The notes under the pieces were generated by a model. That model did not search any database, was not told where the DNA came from, and saw only the letters and a program-made list of their open reading frames with translations. A stretch of 41,955 nucleotides of DNA. Source: Cellvibrionales bacterium UBA7375. Its GTDB lineage: Bacteria > Pseudomonadota > Gammaproteobacteria > Pseudomonadales > Porticoccaceae. Below, one piece after another: positions 28,974-40,579 of this stretch. The position numbers were made by a program, and so were the translations under genes. Within the stretch, counting starts at the first letter, position 1, and every line of letters begins with the position of its first letter. The stretch is from contig DKNZ01000043.1 of assembly GCA_002469845.1 (NCBI GenBank), forward strand, positions 6,262-48,216, read 5' to 3'.

Positions 28974-29944
28974 TAGATTACACCAGCTCGAAGAATATCA
29001 TGCATATGTACTACGCCAACGGGATGTTTTTTTTCATCCTCGAGAATTACTGCAGTGATACTATTTTGTTGCATTATATTAAGTGCCTCTGCCGCTAAGA
29101 TGTCTTGATTGATGGTGTTCGGGTTTGGCGACATAACATCTTTGATTAATGCTCTACTTAAATTAATTTTTGAGTCAATGACACGTCTTAAATCACCATC
29201 AGTAAACACGCCCAAAAGCATACCTTTTTCATCCACTATGGTCGTCATACCAAAACCCTTTTCAGTCATCTCTAATAGCGCATTTTGTATGGGTGACTCA
29301 GGTGTTACTTTAGGTACTTCCTGATCCTGATGCATGATATCGCTGACCTTTAGCAATAGCTTTCTGCCAAGTGCACCACCTGGATGAGAAAAAGCAAAAT
29401 CTTCAGCGGTAAAACCGCGTGATTCTAAAAGTGCAATCGCCAGTGCATCGCCCATTACAAGGGTAACAGTTGTACTGGTTGTTGGGGCTAGATTTAAAGG
29501 GCAGGCTTCACTTGAAACGCTGATATCAAGATTAGCGCAGGCCGCTTGAGCAAGTACAGAACCAGCATCGCCAGTCATACTTACAAGCGGAATTCCAAGG
29601 CGTTTTATAAGGGGGATCAAGGTAACTAACTCAGCTGTATTACCTGAATTTGATAATGCTAATACCACATCATTCTTTGTGATCATTCCCAGATCGCCAT
29701 GGCTAGCCTCACCGGGATGCACAAAAAAAGCCGGGGTTCCAGTGCTAGCAAGAGTAGCGGCGACTTTGTTTCCTATATGGCCAGATTTACCCATACCAGT
29801 TACTATCACACGACCTTCACAGGCCAATAACGTTTCACAGGCAACAGTAAAGGCTTCATTAATTCTATACTGAAGTTCGCTTGCTGCTTGAGATTCAATC
29901 GCTACAGTGCGAAGCCCTGATTCAATAAATGTATGTTTTGACAT
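28973..29944 (-). CDS. kdsD: Arabinose 5-phosphate isomerase (SIS plus CBS domains)
   Basis: GMGKSGHIG, HPGEASHGDLG, CPLNLAPTTST and HPGGALG. Confidence 0.96.
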   Translation of the reverse strand: MSKHTFIESGLRTVAIESQAASELQYRINEAFTVACETLLACEGRVIVTGMGKSGHIGNKVAATLASTGTPAFFVHPGEASHGDLGMITKNDVVLALSNSGNTAELVTLIPLIKRLGIPLVSMTGDAGSVLAQAACANLDISVSSEACPLNLAPTTSTTVTLVMGDALAIALLESRGFTAEDFAFSHPGGALGRKLLLKVSDIMHQDQEVPKVTPESPIQNALLEMTEKGFGMTTIVDEKGMLLGVFTDGDLRRVIDSKINLSRALIKDVMSPNPNTINQDILAAEALNIMQQNSITAVILEDEKKHPVGVVHMHDILRAGVI

Positions 29945-29978
29945 AATACTTATGCTTTTAATTCCTCAACAAAAACTT

Positions 29979-30008
29979 ATTATAGGGCAAAATGGCTCTC
30001 TAGTGTCC
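29979..30008 (-). promoter_or_regulatory. Possible internal sigma70 promoter for kdsD-kdsC-lptCAB
   Basis: Perfect TATAAT on the minus strand (29984-29979) in the yrbG-kdsD gap; the -35 match is poor. Confidence 0.3.
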
Positions 30009-30012
30009 AATA

Positions 30013-30999
30013 TCATCTTACAGCTGTTGAGCTCCAAAGCAGAAGATAGTAAAAGCAGTAAGCTACCAAGAGTATAATGCCTGCAGCTCGAGGTAACTTT
30101 GCATTATCGATATTACCCCGTAAAACACATGCCATTATTAATAAAATTATCACAGTTATTACTGCCATGGCCATATAATCTCGAGTAAATACTTGGCTAT
30201 CAAGTGCAATTGGTGAGATTGCTCCAGCAGCACCCATAACTAAAAGTAAATTAAAAAGATTAGATCCAATGATATTCCCAATAGCTATGTCGTGGTGACC
30301 GCGTATAGCGCTAATAGTAGAAGCGGCTAATTCAGGTAAGCTTGTGCCTATTGCGACAATGGTTAAGCCGACGACTAATTCACTTATACCCATACTCACT
30401 GCAATAGACTTAGCGCCCCAGACTGTGAATTCGGCACCAAGCAACAGCACCACCAGACCAATGACGAAGTTAAAAAGTGCGCCGTTGGTGCTAAGTAGGA
30501 CTTTCCCTTGAGTTTGTGACGACTCAGTTTGAGATTTCTTATATTTTGCCGCAAGCAGTAATAAGGGAATAACTAAGAGAATAAGTAGAAGGCTTTCAAT
30601 CCTACCCAGGAAGTTATTGTATAAACATATTCCGGCAAAAATGGTGACCAGTAAAAGAATCAAGCCTTCTTCTTTGAGCAGGTTTTTTTTAAAAGGTATG
30701 GGTGCAATTAACAGGGTAATACCTAGCACTAGACCAATATTAGCCAAATTTGAGCCAATTGCGTTGCCCACAGCTAATTCGCCAGAACCTTTTAAAGCAG
30801 CATTAATAGAAATAATAATTTCAGGCGCAGATGTGCCTATGGAGACAATAGTTAACCCTATAACTAGAGATGATATTCCTATAGACCGAGCCACACTTGC
30901 ACTTCCTGCAACAAATCTATCAGCACCCCAAATAAGGCCGAGTATACCAGCGACAACTGCGCCAGTAGGGAGGTATAATGACATCATATATTCTGGCAA
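30013..30999 (-). CDS. yrbG: Calcium/sodium antiporter (CaCA family, YrbG-like)
   Basis: Two alpha repeats GTSAPE and GTSLPE, with GNAIGSN and GNIIGSN; upstream of kdsD as in E. coli. The start may instead be the ATG near 30987. Confidence 0.9.
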   Translation of the reverse strand: MPEYMMSLYLPTGAVVAGILGLIWGADRFVAGSASVARSIGISSLVIGLTIVSIGTSAPEIIISINAALKGSGELAVGNAIGSNLANIGLVLGITLLIAPIPFKKNLLKEEGLILLLVTIFAGICLYNNFLGRIESLLLILLVIPLLLLAAKYKKSQTESSQTQGKVLLSTNGALFNFVIGLVVLLLGAEFTVWGAKSIAVSMGISELVVGLTIVAIGTSLPELAASTISAIRGHHDIAIGNIIGSNLFNLLLVMGAAGAISPIALDSQVFTRDYMAMAVITVIILLIMACVLRGNIDNAKLPRAAGIILLVAYCFYYLLLWSSTAVR

Positions 31000-31106
31000 C
31001 GCTTCGTAGGTTGTTTATTCAATAAACCTAGAATGGTATAGTGACTAGTCTCTTATGTCAGTAGAAAATTTAATTAAAGCCTCAATATTTTTGGCTGTTA
31101 CAGTGG

Positions 31107-31736
31107 ATGTTGAAAATGAAATTTCTAAAATATAGCTTTCTTCTCGGTGCGATGACCATCCTAATCTTATTGCCTGCTACATTTGCCGCCAATAAAGCTG
31201 AAGATCCCTACGAAAAAATTGAAAAAATTACCCAAGAGTTAATAGTTATTATTAGTTTGCATCAGAAAGACTATCCGAAAAATGAAAAGCAGTATTTTGA
31301 CGCAATTTCCGATCTCCTGATTAATACAGTGGATTTTAACTATATTGCTAAAAAAGTGGTGGGCCAATATAGGACCGACATCACAAAACAGCAAAGATTG
31401 TTGTTTGCCGAAAAATTTCGCCAAGGTCTTATCGAAACTTATGGGCGAGGGTTAATTAATTATGGCAATCAACAGATTGTGCTGATTAATCGTTCGCCCC
31501 TCAAAAAGGGACAGAAAACCCTTATTGTGCAGCAAGAAATTATAAGTTCAGGAAATAAATTTCCACTTAGATACTCAATGGCCCGAAAAAAAACAGGTGA
31601 ATGGATGGTTATTAATATGACTATTAGCGGCATAAATTTGCGTGATATTTTTCGGAATCAATTTTCCCAATCAGTACAGCAAATGTCTGGGGATTTTGAT
31701 GCGGTCATTTCTGGCTGGGCTACAAAATTTGAATAA
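31107..31736 (+). CDS. mlaC: MlaC/Ttg2D periplasmic phospholipid-binding protein
   Basis: Signal peptide, VDFNYIAKKVVG, LIETYG and WMVINMTISGINL...FRNQF; upstream of bolA-murA. Confidence 0.87.
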   Translation: MLKMKFLKYSFLLGAMTILILLPATFAANKAEDPYEKIEKITQELIVIISLHQKDYPKNEKQYFDAISDLLINTVDFNYIAKKVVGQYRTDITKQQRLLFAEKFRQGLIETYGRGLINYGNQQIVLINRSPLKKGQKTLIVQQEIISSGNKFPLRYSMARKKTGEWMVINMTISGINLRDIFRNQFSQSVQQMSGDFDAVISGWATKFE

Positions 31737-31758
31737 CTAAAAATTAGGAAACAATTAA

Positions 31759-31998
31759 ATGAATGCGAACGACGTGAAGTCAATTCTTGAGGCGCAGTTG
31801 GTTGGCTGTGATATTAAAGTGGAAGTGGGTGGCAGCCATGTCAATATAATAGCCATTGGCGATATCTTTGATGGTAAGCGCACAGTTCAGCGTCAACAAT
31901 TGGTCTATGCCGCGCTGCAAGAGCATATTGCATCTGGTGTTATTCATGCAGTAAATATGAAAACTTACTCGCCGCAAGAATGGCAACAGCAAGCATAA
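31759..31998 (+). CDS. ibaG: BolA/IbaG family protein
   Basis: GSH, FDGKRTVQRQQLVY and IHAVNMKTYSPQEW; directly before murA. Confidence 0.9.
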   Translation: MNANDVKSILEAQLVGCDIKVEVGGSHVNIIAIGDIFDGKRTVQRQQLVYAALQEHIASGVIHAVNMKTYSPQEWQQQA

Positions 31999-32032
31999 TT
32001 TCATATAAAATTTTTAATATACAAGACATTAA

Positions 32033-33328
<1,296 letters not shown>

Positions 33329-33349
33329 CCAAGAGAAAGCATTAGTTTT

Positions 33350-33982
33350 ATGACACATATTACAATAGCCCTGACCAAAGGGCGCATCTTAAAAGAGACA
33401 TTGCCACTGTTAAAGCAAATTGGCCTCGAGCCTCTGGATGATGTATTTACCAGTCGAAAACTACTTTTTCCGACCACTAAGGACAATATTAGACTGCTTA
33501 TACTAAGAGGGTCAGATGTGCCTACTTACGTTCAGTTTGGTAAGGCTGACATAGGAATAGCCGGAAAAGATGGGTTACTTGAGCATCAAGGTGATGGTTA
33601 TTATGAGCCAGTGGATTTAGGGATTGCTAAATGCCGGCTAATGACGGCGGCGCCGGTGGGTTATCAGCGTGACTTTGGTCGCTTGCGTGTAGCCACTAAA
33701 TATACCAAAGTAGCCAGAGAATATTATGCCAAGCAAGGCAGGCAAATTGATCTAATTAAATTATATGGTGCCATGGAGCTTGCGCCTGTGATGGAATTAG
33801 CTGATGAAATTGTGGATATTGTGGATACCGGTAATACCTTAAAAGCGAACGGTCTAGAAGCCAAAGAAATGATAGCGAATATTAGTTCTAGAGTAATCGT
33901 TAATAAAGCAGCCATGAAAACAAAGTTCCCAGTTATCAAACAGATTCTAACAGCCCTAGAAGAGGCGGTGAGCGCTAAATAA
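33350..33982 (+). CDS. hisG: ATP phosphoribosyltransferase, short form
   Basis: [22 protein letters not shown] and [11 protein letters not shown]; 210 aa with no C-terminal regulatory domain. Confidence 0.96.
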   Translation: MTHITIALTKGRILKETLPLLKQIGLEPLDDVFTSRKLLFPTTKDNIRLLILRGSDVPTYVQFGKADIGIAGKDGLLEHQGDGYYEPVDLGIAKCRLMTAAPVGYQRDFGRLRVATKYTKVAREYYAKQGRQIDLIKLYGAMELAPVMELADEIVDIVDTGNTLKANGLEAKEMIANISSRVIVNKAAMKTKFPVIKQILTALEEAVSAK

Positions 33983-35289
33983 TGAGCACGCCATTGATTA
34001 AAAGACTGTCGACTTCAGATGGAGATTTTCTTCCCACGCTCGATAAGTTGATCGCTTGGAATACTGTTTCAGATTCCAATATTGAAGAGCGCGTAGCAAA
34101 GATTATCCAGCAGGTTCGTGCTAACGGCGATCAAGCGCTTATAGATTTTAGCAATCAGTTTGATCGTCGTTCTGTTAATTCTATAGAACAGCTATGTGTA
34201 GACTCAGCTCAACTTGAAGCGGCTCTAGCAAATATTGATACCGAAACACGCACAGCACTAGAGACAGCCGCTCAAAGAATTAGCGATTATCATCAGCATC
34301 AAACTCAAGACTCTTGGCAGTATCAAGAGCCTAATGGCACCATACTTGGTCAGCGTGTTACCCCTTTAGAAAGGGTGGGGCTTTATGTACCTGGTGGTAA
34401 AGCCAGTTATCCGTCCTCAGTTTTAATGAGCTGCATACCCGCTCGAATTGCCGGTGTAGAAGAAGTTATTATGGCAGTGCCAGCACCGGATGATGAGTTA
34501 AATCCAATTGTATTAGCCGCCGCTGCAATCGCCGGTGTTGATAAGGTGTTTACAGTTGGGGGCGCTCAGGCAGTTGCAGCTATGGCCTATGGAACACAAA
34601 GCATACCTAAAGTGGATAAAATTGTCGGCCCTGGCAATATCTATGTTGCCACCGCCAAGCGTATGGTATTTGGCGCTGTAGGTTTGGATATGGTAGCCGG
34701 GCCAACAGAGATTCTTATAATCTGTGATGGAAAAACCGATCCAGATTGGATTGCCATGGATCTATTTTCTCAGGCAGAGCATGATGAAAACGCCCAATCT
34801 ATTTTAATCAGTTGGGATGCCTCGCACTTGGATGCAGTTTATCAAAGTATTGCAAAACTTCTTCCTGAAATGGAGCGTAAAGATATTATTGCTCAATCTT
34901 TAGCTGATAGAGGCGCGCTCATCGAAGTGGTAGGCAAAGAAGAAGCTATTATGCTAAGTAATCGTATTGCGCCAGAGCACTTAGAGTTATCGGTTGATGA
35001 TCCTGAATCTTGGTTGTCAGAAATTCGTCATGCCGGTGCAATTTTTATGGGTCGCCACACGGCAGAAGCGATAGGTGACTATTCTGCAGGACCAAGCCAT
35101 GTCTTGCCCACCTCAGCGACTGCAAGATTTTCGTCGCCACTAAGCGTGTATGATTTTCAAAAGCGTAGTTCGCTTACCTATTGTTCCCCTGAGGGCGCAT
35201 CAGAACTTGGTAAAGTTGCCTCTGTTTTGGGTAGAGGTGAAGATTTAACTGCCCACGCAAAATCGGCAGAATACCGCATTATAAAATAA
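33982..35289 (+). CDS. hisD: Histidinol dehydrogenase
   Basis: [30 protein letters not shown] and GPSHVLPT. Confidence 0.97.
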   Translation: MSTPLIKRLSTSDGDFLPTLDKLIAWNTVSDSNIEERVAKIIQQVRANGDQALIDFSNQFDRRSVNSIEQLCVDSAQLEAALANIDTETRTALETAAQRISDYHQHQTQDSWQYQEPNGTILGQRVTPLERVGLYVPGGKASYPSSVLMSCIPARIAGVEEVIMAVPAPDDELNPIVLAAAAIAGVDKVFTVGGAQAVAAMAYGTQSIPKVDKIVGPGNIYVATAKRMVFGAVGLDMVAGPTEILIICDGKTDPDWIAMDLFSQAEHDENAQSILISWDASHLDAVYQSIAKLLPEMERKDIIAQSLADRGALIEVVGKEEAIMLSNRIAPEHLELSVDDPESWLSEIRHAGAIFMGRHTAEAIGDYSAGPSHVLPTSATARFSSPLSVYDFQKRSSLTYCSPEGASELGKVASVLGRGEDLTAHAKSAEYRIIK

Positions 35290-35307
35290 CCCAATAGAGC
35301 GATTATT

Positions 35308-36369
35308 ATGAGTAGCTACTGGAGTGATTTTGTTAAAGATCTAGACCCATACAGTCCGGGTGAGCAGCCGCAGATTAGCAATATCACAAAGTTAAATACC
35401 AATGAAAATCCTTATGGACCCTCTCCTGCAGTTATTACCGCAATTTCAGAGGCCGCCGATGATCGCTTGCGACTTTATCCGCCGCCAGAGGCAGACCAAC
35501 TCAAGTGCAAAATAGCTGAATATTTTCAGTTGTCTGCAACACAGATTTTTGTAGGTAATGGATCAGACGAAGTTTTGGCTCATATATTTAATGGCCTTCT
35601 GAGTCACCCAGAAAAAGGACCATTACTGTTCCCAGATATTAGCTATAGCTTTTATCCAGTCTTTTGCCAACTTTACGGAATACATTATGAAAAAATTCCA
35701 TTGGCTGACGACTTTTCTATTGATTTAGATGATTTTCAGCGTGCAAATGGCGGGATTATTTTCCCCAACCCAAACGCGCCAACCGGTCTATTGCTCGGAT
35801 TAGACGCTATAGAAAGCGTATTGCAAAAAAATATTGACACAGTGGTTGTGGTTGATGAAGCCTATATAGATTTCGGCGGTCAAACAGCGGCTTCACTTAT
35901 TGATCAATATGATAATTTGCTGGTAGTACAAACCATGTCAAAATCTCGCTCCCTTGCTGGAATGAGAGTTGGTTATGCTATGGGGTCGGAGCATTTAATT
36001 GAGGGCCTAAATCGAATCAAGAATAGCTTTAATTCCTATCCCCTAGGGCATTTGCAGATTGCGGCAGCCATTGCAGCATTTGATGATACACAATATTTCG
36101 AAAATACTAGGCAAAAAGTTATCAGTGAAAGAGAGCGTGTAGTCGACAAATTACAGAGTCTTGGTTTTGAGGTGTTACCCTCCAAGTCTAACTTTGTCTT
36201 GGTGCGTCATCCACAAAATAAAACGGATCTATTGGCCCAAAGTCTCAGGGAAAAAGGGATTATTGTTCGATATTTCGCCATGCCAAGAATTGATCAATTT
36301 TTAAGGATAACCATAGGTACAGACGCGCAAAATACTCTATTGATTGAATGTCTAAAGCAGATACTCTAG
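35308..36369 (+). CDS. hisC: Histidinol-phosphate aminotransferase
   Basis: [27 protein letters not shown] and [14 protein letters not shown]. Confidence 0.96.
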   Translation: MSSYWSDFVKDLDPYSPGEQPQISNITKLNTNENPYGPSPAVITAISEAADDRLRLYPPPEADQLKCKIAEYFQLSATQIFVGNGSDEVLAHIFNGLLSHPEKGPLLFPDISYSFYPVFCQLYGIHYEKIPLADDFSIDLDDFQRANGGIIFPNPNAPTGLLLGLDAIESVLQKNIDTVVVVDEAYIDFGGQTAASLIDQYDNLLVVQTMSKSRSLAGMRVGYAMGSEHLIEGLNRIKNSFNSYPLGHLQIAAAIAAFDDTQYFENTRQKVISERERVVDKLQSLGFEVLPSKSNFVLVRHPQNKTDLLAQSLREKGIIVRYFAMPRIDQFLRITIGTDAQNTLLIECLKQIL

Positions 36370-36374
36370 TTAGT

Positions 36375-37505
36375 CTAGTTAGTAGCGGGACGTTCGCCAG
36401 CAATTGCAGTAATAGTTAGCACCTGCTGTTTTCTTAAAATAATAAGCTCTATCGGTTGTCCGGGAAAAATTTCAGCGATTTGACTAATACTGCGGTGACG
36501 ATCGGTTACCGATAGACCGTTAATGGACGTCACTATATCCCCAGGTAAAATTCCCGCTTGCTCAGTAGGACCATCCTCAACAGTTGCTGTCACCAATAAA
36601 CCATTAGAAAGATCAAGAGAAAGCTTTTTAGCCAGGGTTTGAGTGACCTCTATAGCCTCCACACCCAACCAGCCTCTAACAACTCTGCCATATTCTATAA
36701 TGTGTGTGAGAACTTTTTCTACTTCATCAGCTGGAATTGCAAAGCCAATACCATCGGATTTTTCATTATTTAAAATTGCCGCATTGATTCCTAGTAAATT
36801 GCCATAAGCATCAATTAAAGCGCCGCCAGAATTGCCTGGGTTAATATCGGCATCTGTTTGAATATAGTTTTCAAGATTATTGAGATTTAATCCGTTGCGT
36901 TGGGTCGCGCTCACAATACCCTGCGTTACAGTTTGTCCCATGCCAAATGGGTTGCCAATGGCTAAAACAACATCGCCAATTTCAGCTTTATTAGGGTCGC
37001 CAAATTGAATGTCTTGAAGATTGTCCGCATCAATTTTTAAGACAGCTAAATCGGTTTCAGGATCAGTTCCAACTATTATTGCCGGTAGTTCCCTGCCGTC
37101 ATAAAGAAGAATTAATATTTCGTCAACAGAATCTACAACATGAAAACTAGTCACTATAAATCCAGTTTTATCAATAATAACGCCAGAACCCAGAGAACCC
37201 TCAACCCGCTTTGGCTGTTGTTTATACATTCGTTTAAAAAAGGGATGCCTTGATAGTAGAAGGGCATTGCGCTTAACTTTAGTTTTGGTGTAAATATTAA
37301 CCACCGACGGCGCCGCTTTTTTTACCGCTTGGGCATAGGAGACAGGCCCAGACCAACCAGATTGAGAAAACTCATGTTTAGTGTTTATGTTATCGCCACG
37401 AAACTCTGGAAAAATAAATAATATTAAAGCAGCAACGGCTAGCCCAGTAATAACAGGAATTCGAATAAATTCTATTGCTAATTTCAAACGCTGATTTTCA
37501 GCCAT
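36375..37505 (-). CDS. algW: HtrA/DegS-type serine protease with one PDZ domain (AlgW-like)
   Basis: N-terminal TM helix, SLGSGVI, His in TSFHVV, Asp in TDLAVL, Ser in GNSGGAL, PDZ GWLGV; convergent on hisC as in Pseudomonas. Start placed at ATG 37505. Confidence 0.88.
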   Translation of the reverse strand: MAENQRLKLAIEFIRIPVITGLAVAALILFIFPEFRGDNINTKHEFSQSGWSGPVSYAQAVKKAAPSVVNIYTKTKVKRNALLLSRHPFFKRMYKQQPKRVEGSLGSGVIIDKTGFIVTSFHVVDSVDEILILLYDGRELPAIIVGTDPETDLAVLKIDADNLQDIQFGDPNKAEIGDVVLAIGNPFGMGQTVTQGIVSATQRNGLNLNNLENYIQTDADINPGNSGGALIDAYGNLLGINAAILNNEKSDGIGFAIPADEVEKVLTHIIEYGRVVRGWLGVEAIEVTQTLAKKLSLDLSNGLLVTATVEDGPTEQAGILPGDIVTSINGLSVTDRHRSISQIAEIFPGQPIELIILRKQQVLTITAIAGERPATN

Positions 37506-37622
37506 TATCTTCTTTAACCTAAGTATTTTTTTGCAACGCAAAACCAAGTTTTAATAATAGCTCTATTAAAGTGCTATTGCTCAGTCTTGGTCAAGGGTAA
37601 TTATTAAGGAAATCGAAAATGA

Positions 37623-37925
37623 CTAACGTAAAAGATTAGAAAGTTTAGGGTTCGGCTTGTCGGCTTTTCGGAAAAGTAAAATCATATGCCCAATCGATTG
37701 AATAAGCTTTGCTTTAGATTCTAGGCAAATTTCATCTATAGTCGCTTTTTTGGCCTCTCTATCGCCAACGGCTAGTTTTACCTTGATCAGTTCATGATCG
37801 CCTAGCGCGCGATCAAGTTCGGCTAAAACAGTCTCAGTTAAACCATTACCGGCTACTGTGACTACAGGTTTTAATCGGTGTCCAAGGGAGCGTAAATATT
37901 TCTTATCCGCAGATGAGGTTGTCAT
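37623..37925 (-). CDS. yhbY: Ribosome assembly RNA-binding protein YhbY (CRM domain)
   Basis: LRSLGHRLKPVV, HELIKVK and QSIGH; start at ATG 37925. Confidence 0.94.
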   Translation of the reverse strand: MTTSSADKKYLRSLGHRLKPVVTVAGNGLTETVLAELDRALGDHELIKVKLAVGDREAKKATIDEICLESKAKLIQSIGHMILLFRKADKPNPKLSNLLR

Positions 37926-37974
37926 AGTACAATACCTAATTATCAATGCAGCCTATTTTAGCGAATATTCCTCT

Positions 37975-38595
37975 ATGGCGAAATCAAAAAATCGCACCTG
38001 GATCAAACAACATGTCAAAGATCCCTACGTTGTGCAGTCACAAAGAGATGGTTATCGCTCTAGGGCTAGTTACAAGCTACTAGAGATTGTCGAAAAAGCT
38101 CGACTGATTAAACCAGCAATGACAGTGGTAGATCTTGGTTCGGCGCCTGGAGGATGGTCTCAGGTGGCGGTAAAAAAGGTAGGTCACAAAGGAGCGGTAG
38201 TCGCGGTAGATATTCTGCCAATGAATCCCATTGCAGGTGTAGAGTTTATCCAGGGTGATTTTACCGAAGAAAAAATACTGGCCGAATTATTAGAAAAAAT
38301 AGGAAATAAATCAGTAGACCTTGTAATTTCAGATATGGCCCCCAACTTAACAGGTATGAAGGCAGTTGATCAGCCAGCAGTTGTCTATTTGGCAGAGTTG
38401 GCGGTAGATTTAGCGCAACAAGTGCTTAATAAAGACGGAATTTTTATTGCTAAATTATTTCAAGGTGAGGGATTTGACGAATTTGTGCGTAATACTAGAG
38501 AGGTGTTTAATACTGTAAGTCTTAAAAAGCCAGATGCATCTAGGTCAAAATCACGTGAAGTGTACCTAGTGGCAAAGGGCCTGCAAAAAAACTAA
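37975..38595 (+). CDS. rlmE: 23S rRNA Um2552 2'-O-methyltransferase
   Basis: [26 protein letters not shown] and SREVY; start at ATG 37975 (the ORF-track extension overlaps yhbY). Confidence 0.97.
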   Translation: MAKSKNRTWIKQHVKDPYVVQSQRDGYRSRASYKLLEIVEKARLIKPAMTVVDLGSAPGGWSQVAVKKVGHKGAVVAVDILPMNPIAGVEFIQGDFTEEKILAELLEKIGNKSVDLVISDMAPNLTGMKAVDQPAVVYLAELAVDLAQQVLNKDGIFIAKLFQGEGFDEFVRNTREVFNTVSLKKPDASRSKSREVYLVAKGLQKN

Positions 38596-38608
38596 TGAGG
38601 TTGATGGT

Positions 38609-40522
38609 TTGAATGATTTTTTAAAAAATATACTAATTTGGCTGGTGCTGGCAGGTATTTTAATGTCGGTATTCAATAGCTTTACGCCTAAAACTGAGGT
38701 CAATGATCTGAGTTACTCAGATTTTATTCTGGAAGTTCAAAATGAACGAGTAGCCACCGTTATCAACAACGGGTCAACCATCGAAGGAGAGCGCGTCGAT
38801 GGCAGTAAGTTCACCACAGTAATACCGCCAGCCATTAAGGATGACGGTCTTATTAAAGACTTGGTTAACAACAATGTGAAAATTGTCGGTAAGCTACCAG
38901 AAACACCCAGCGTGTTTTCCCAATTACTTATTGCTGCATTCCCTATTCTATTAATCCTTGCAATTTTTATGTTTTTTATGCGCCAGATGCAAGGCGGCGG
39001 TGGTGGCCGAGGTGGCCCTATGAGCTTTGGTAAAAGTAAAGCCAAACTACTAGCGGGCGATCAAATTAAAACCACCTTTTCTGACGTGGCTGGTGTTGAC
39101 GAAGCTAAAGAAGATGTGGGTGAGTTAGTTGAGTTTTTAAGCGATCCCAGTAAATTCCAGCGCCTTGGCGGCCGAATTCCCAAGGGCGTGCTTATGGTAG
39201 GCCCTCCAGGAACGGGTAAGACATTATTAGCCAAAGCGATTGCGGGTGAGGCCAAGGTACCATTCTTCTCAATTTCAGGTTCTGATTTTGTAGAAATGTT
39301 TGTCGGTGTCGGTGCATCCCGGGTTCGCGATATGTTTGAGCAAGCTAAAAAGCAGGCACCTTGTATCATATTTATTGACGAAATTGATGCCGTAGGCCGT
39401 CATCGTGGAGGTGGCTATGGTGGCGGTAATGATGAGCGTGAGCAAACATTAAATCAGCTACTGGTCGAGATGGATGGTTTTGAAGGCAATGAAGGGGTTA
39501 TTGTGATTGCCGCAACTAACCGCCCTGATGTGCTTGATAAAGCCTTGTTGCGTCCCGGACGATTTGATCGTCAGGTGTATGTCAGCCTGCCAGATATTCG
39601 TGGTCGTGAACAAATTCTTAAAGTACATGCGCGTAAGGTGCCACTGGATGAATCCATTGATTTAGGAATTTTGGCTCGAGGAACCCCGGGGTTCTCTGGT
39701 GCGGATCTAGCTAATCTGGTCAATGAAGCTGCGCTATTTTCTGCCCGCGCTAATCGTCGTCGAGTCACTATGGAAGAATTTGAGAAGGCGCGAGATAAAA
39801 TCATGATGGGCGCCGAAAGACGCTCCATGGTGATGTCAGAGAAAGAAAAAATGAATACTGCCTATCACGAGGCCGGCCATGCAATTATTGGTCGCTTGGT
39901 GCCAGAGCATGATCCAGTTCACAAAGTGTCTATTATCCCCCGTGGTCGTGCGTTGGGCGTCACTCAGTATCTACCTGAAGAAGACAAATACAGCTCAAGT
40001 CGTCGGCAATTGATAAGTATGATATGCAGTCTCTTTGGTGGCCGAATTGCTGAAGAAATGATTGGTGGTGTTGATGGTGTGACTACCGGCGCTTCAAATG
40101 ATATTGAACGGGCAACCCAGTTGGCCAGAAATATGGTGACCAAATGGGGCTTAACTGAAAAAATGGGCCCAATTTTATACGGAGAAGATGAATCTCAAGC
40201 GCCGGGTGGTGGTAATACCCATTATTCTGAGGACACCTCGAGAGAAATTGATCAAGAGGTTCGCGATATTCTTAATAATGCTTACAGCACTGCCGAAAAA
40301 TTACTCGAAGAAAATCGTGATATTTTAGAGGCCATGAAAGATGCATTAATGGAATACGAAACCATTGATGCTGATCAGGTAGATGATCTAATGGCAAGGC
40401 GGAAAGTTCGCCCGCCCCACCAATGGGATGATAACGATACAGGTCCTTCCGATGGAGCTTCAAGTGCAAAAAAAGCCGAACCCAAAAAACCTAATGTGGG
40501 TGACCCTGTAGAAGGCGTCTAA
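38609..40522 (+). CDS. ftsH: ATP-dependent zinc metalloprotease FtsH
   Basis: Two TM helices, [26 protein letters not shown] and HEAGH; TTG start with GAGG SD. Confidence 0.98.
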   Translation: MNDFLKNILIWLVLAGILMSVFNSFTPKTEVNDLSYSDFILEVQNERVATVINNGSTIEGERVDGSKFTTVIPPAIKDDGLIKDLVNNNVKIVGKLPETPSVFSQLLIAAFPILLILAIFMFFMRQMQGGGGGRGGPMSFGKSKAKLLAGDQIKTTFSDVAGVDEAKEDVGELVEFLSDPSKFQRLGGRIPKGVLMVGPPGTGKTLLAKAIAGEAKVPFFSISGSDFVEMFVGVGASRVRDMFEQAKKQAPCIIFIDEIDAVGRHRGGGYGGGNDEREQTLNQLLVEMDGFEGNEGVIVIAATNRPDVLDKALLRPGRFDRQVYVSLPDIRGREQILKVHARKVPLDESIDLGILARGTPGFSGADLANLVNEAALFSARANRRRVTMEEFEKARDKIMMGAERRSMVMSEKEKMNTAYHEAGHAIIGRLVPEHDPVHKVSIIPRGRALGVTQYLPEEDKYSSSRRQLISMICSLFGGRIAEEMIGGVDGVTTGASNDIERATQLARNMVTKWGLTEKMGPILYGEDESQAPGGGNTHYSEDTSREIDQEVRDILNNAYSTAEKLLEENRDILEAMKDALMEYETIDADQVDDLMARRKVRPPHQWDDNDTGPSDGASSAKKAEPKKPNVGDPVEGV

Positions 40523-40537
40523 TCTTATTATAGTAAA

Positions 40538-40573
40538 AACACCGAGCCATTTAGGTGGCTTGGTGTTATCTTC
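40538..40573 (+). terminator. Stem-loop after ftsH (probable intrinsic terminator or mRNA-stabilising hairpin)
   Basis: AACACCGAGCCA (40538-40549) pairs with TGGCTTGGTGTT (40556-40567), 12 bp with one G-U pair; the downstream U-tract is weak. Confidence 0.6.
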
Positions 40574-40579
40574 TAAGCC

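Noticed and set aside
37858-37974. 39-aa N-terminal extension of RlmE in the ORF track (similar extensions for DoxX, MreD, YhbY and AlgW)
   Set aside because: Longest-ORF artefacts; homology-like sequence begins at downstream ATGs.
38991-39020. GGC/GGT repeat run in ftsH
   Set aside because: Encodes the normal glycine-rich linker (QGGGGGRGG); not a tandem repeat element.
38737-39828. Antisense ORFs of 85-102 aa within ftsH (similar ones lie in mreB, yrbG, ptsN, kdsD, rpoN and others)
   Set aside because: Shadow ORFs opposite conserved genes, with no SD or recognisable motifs.
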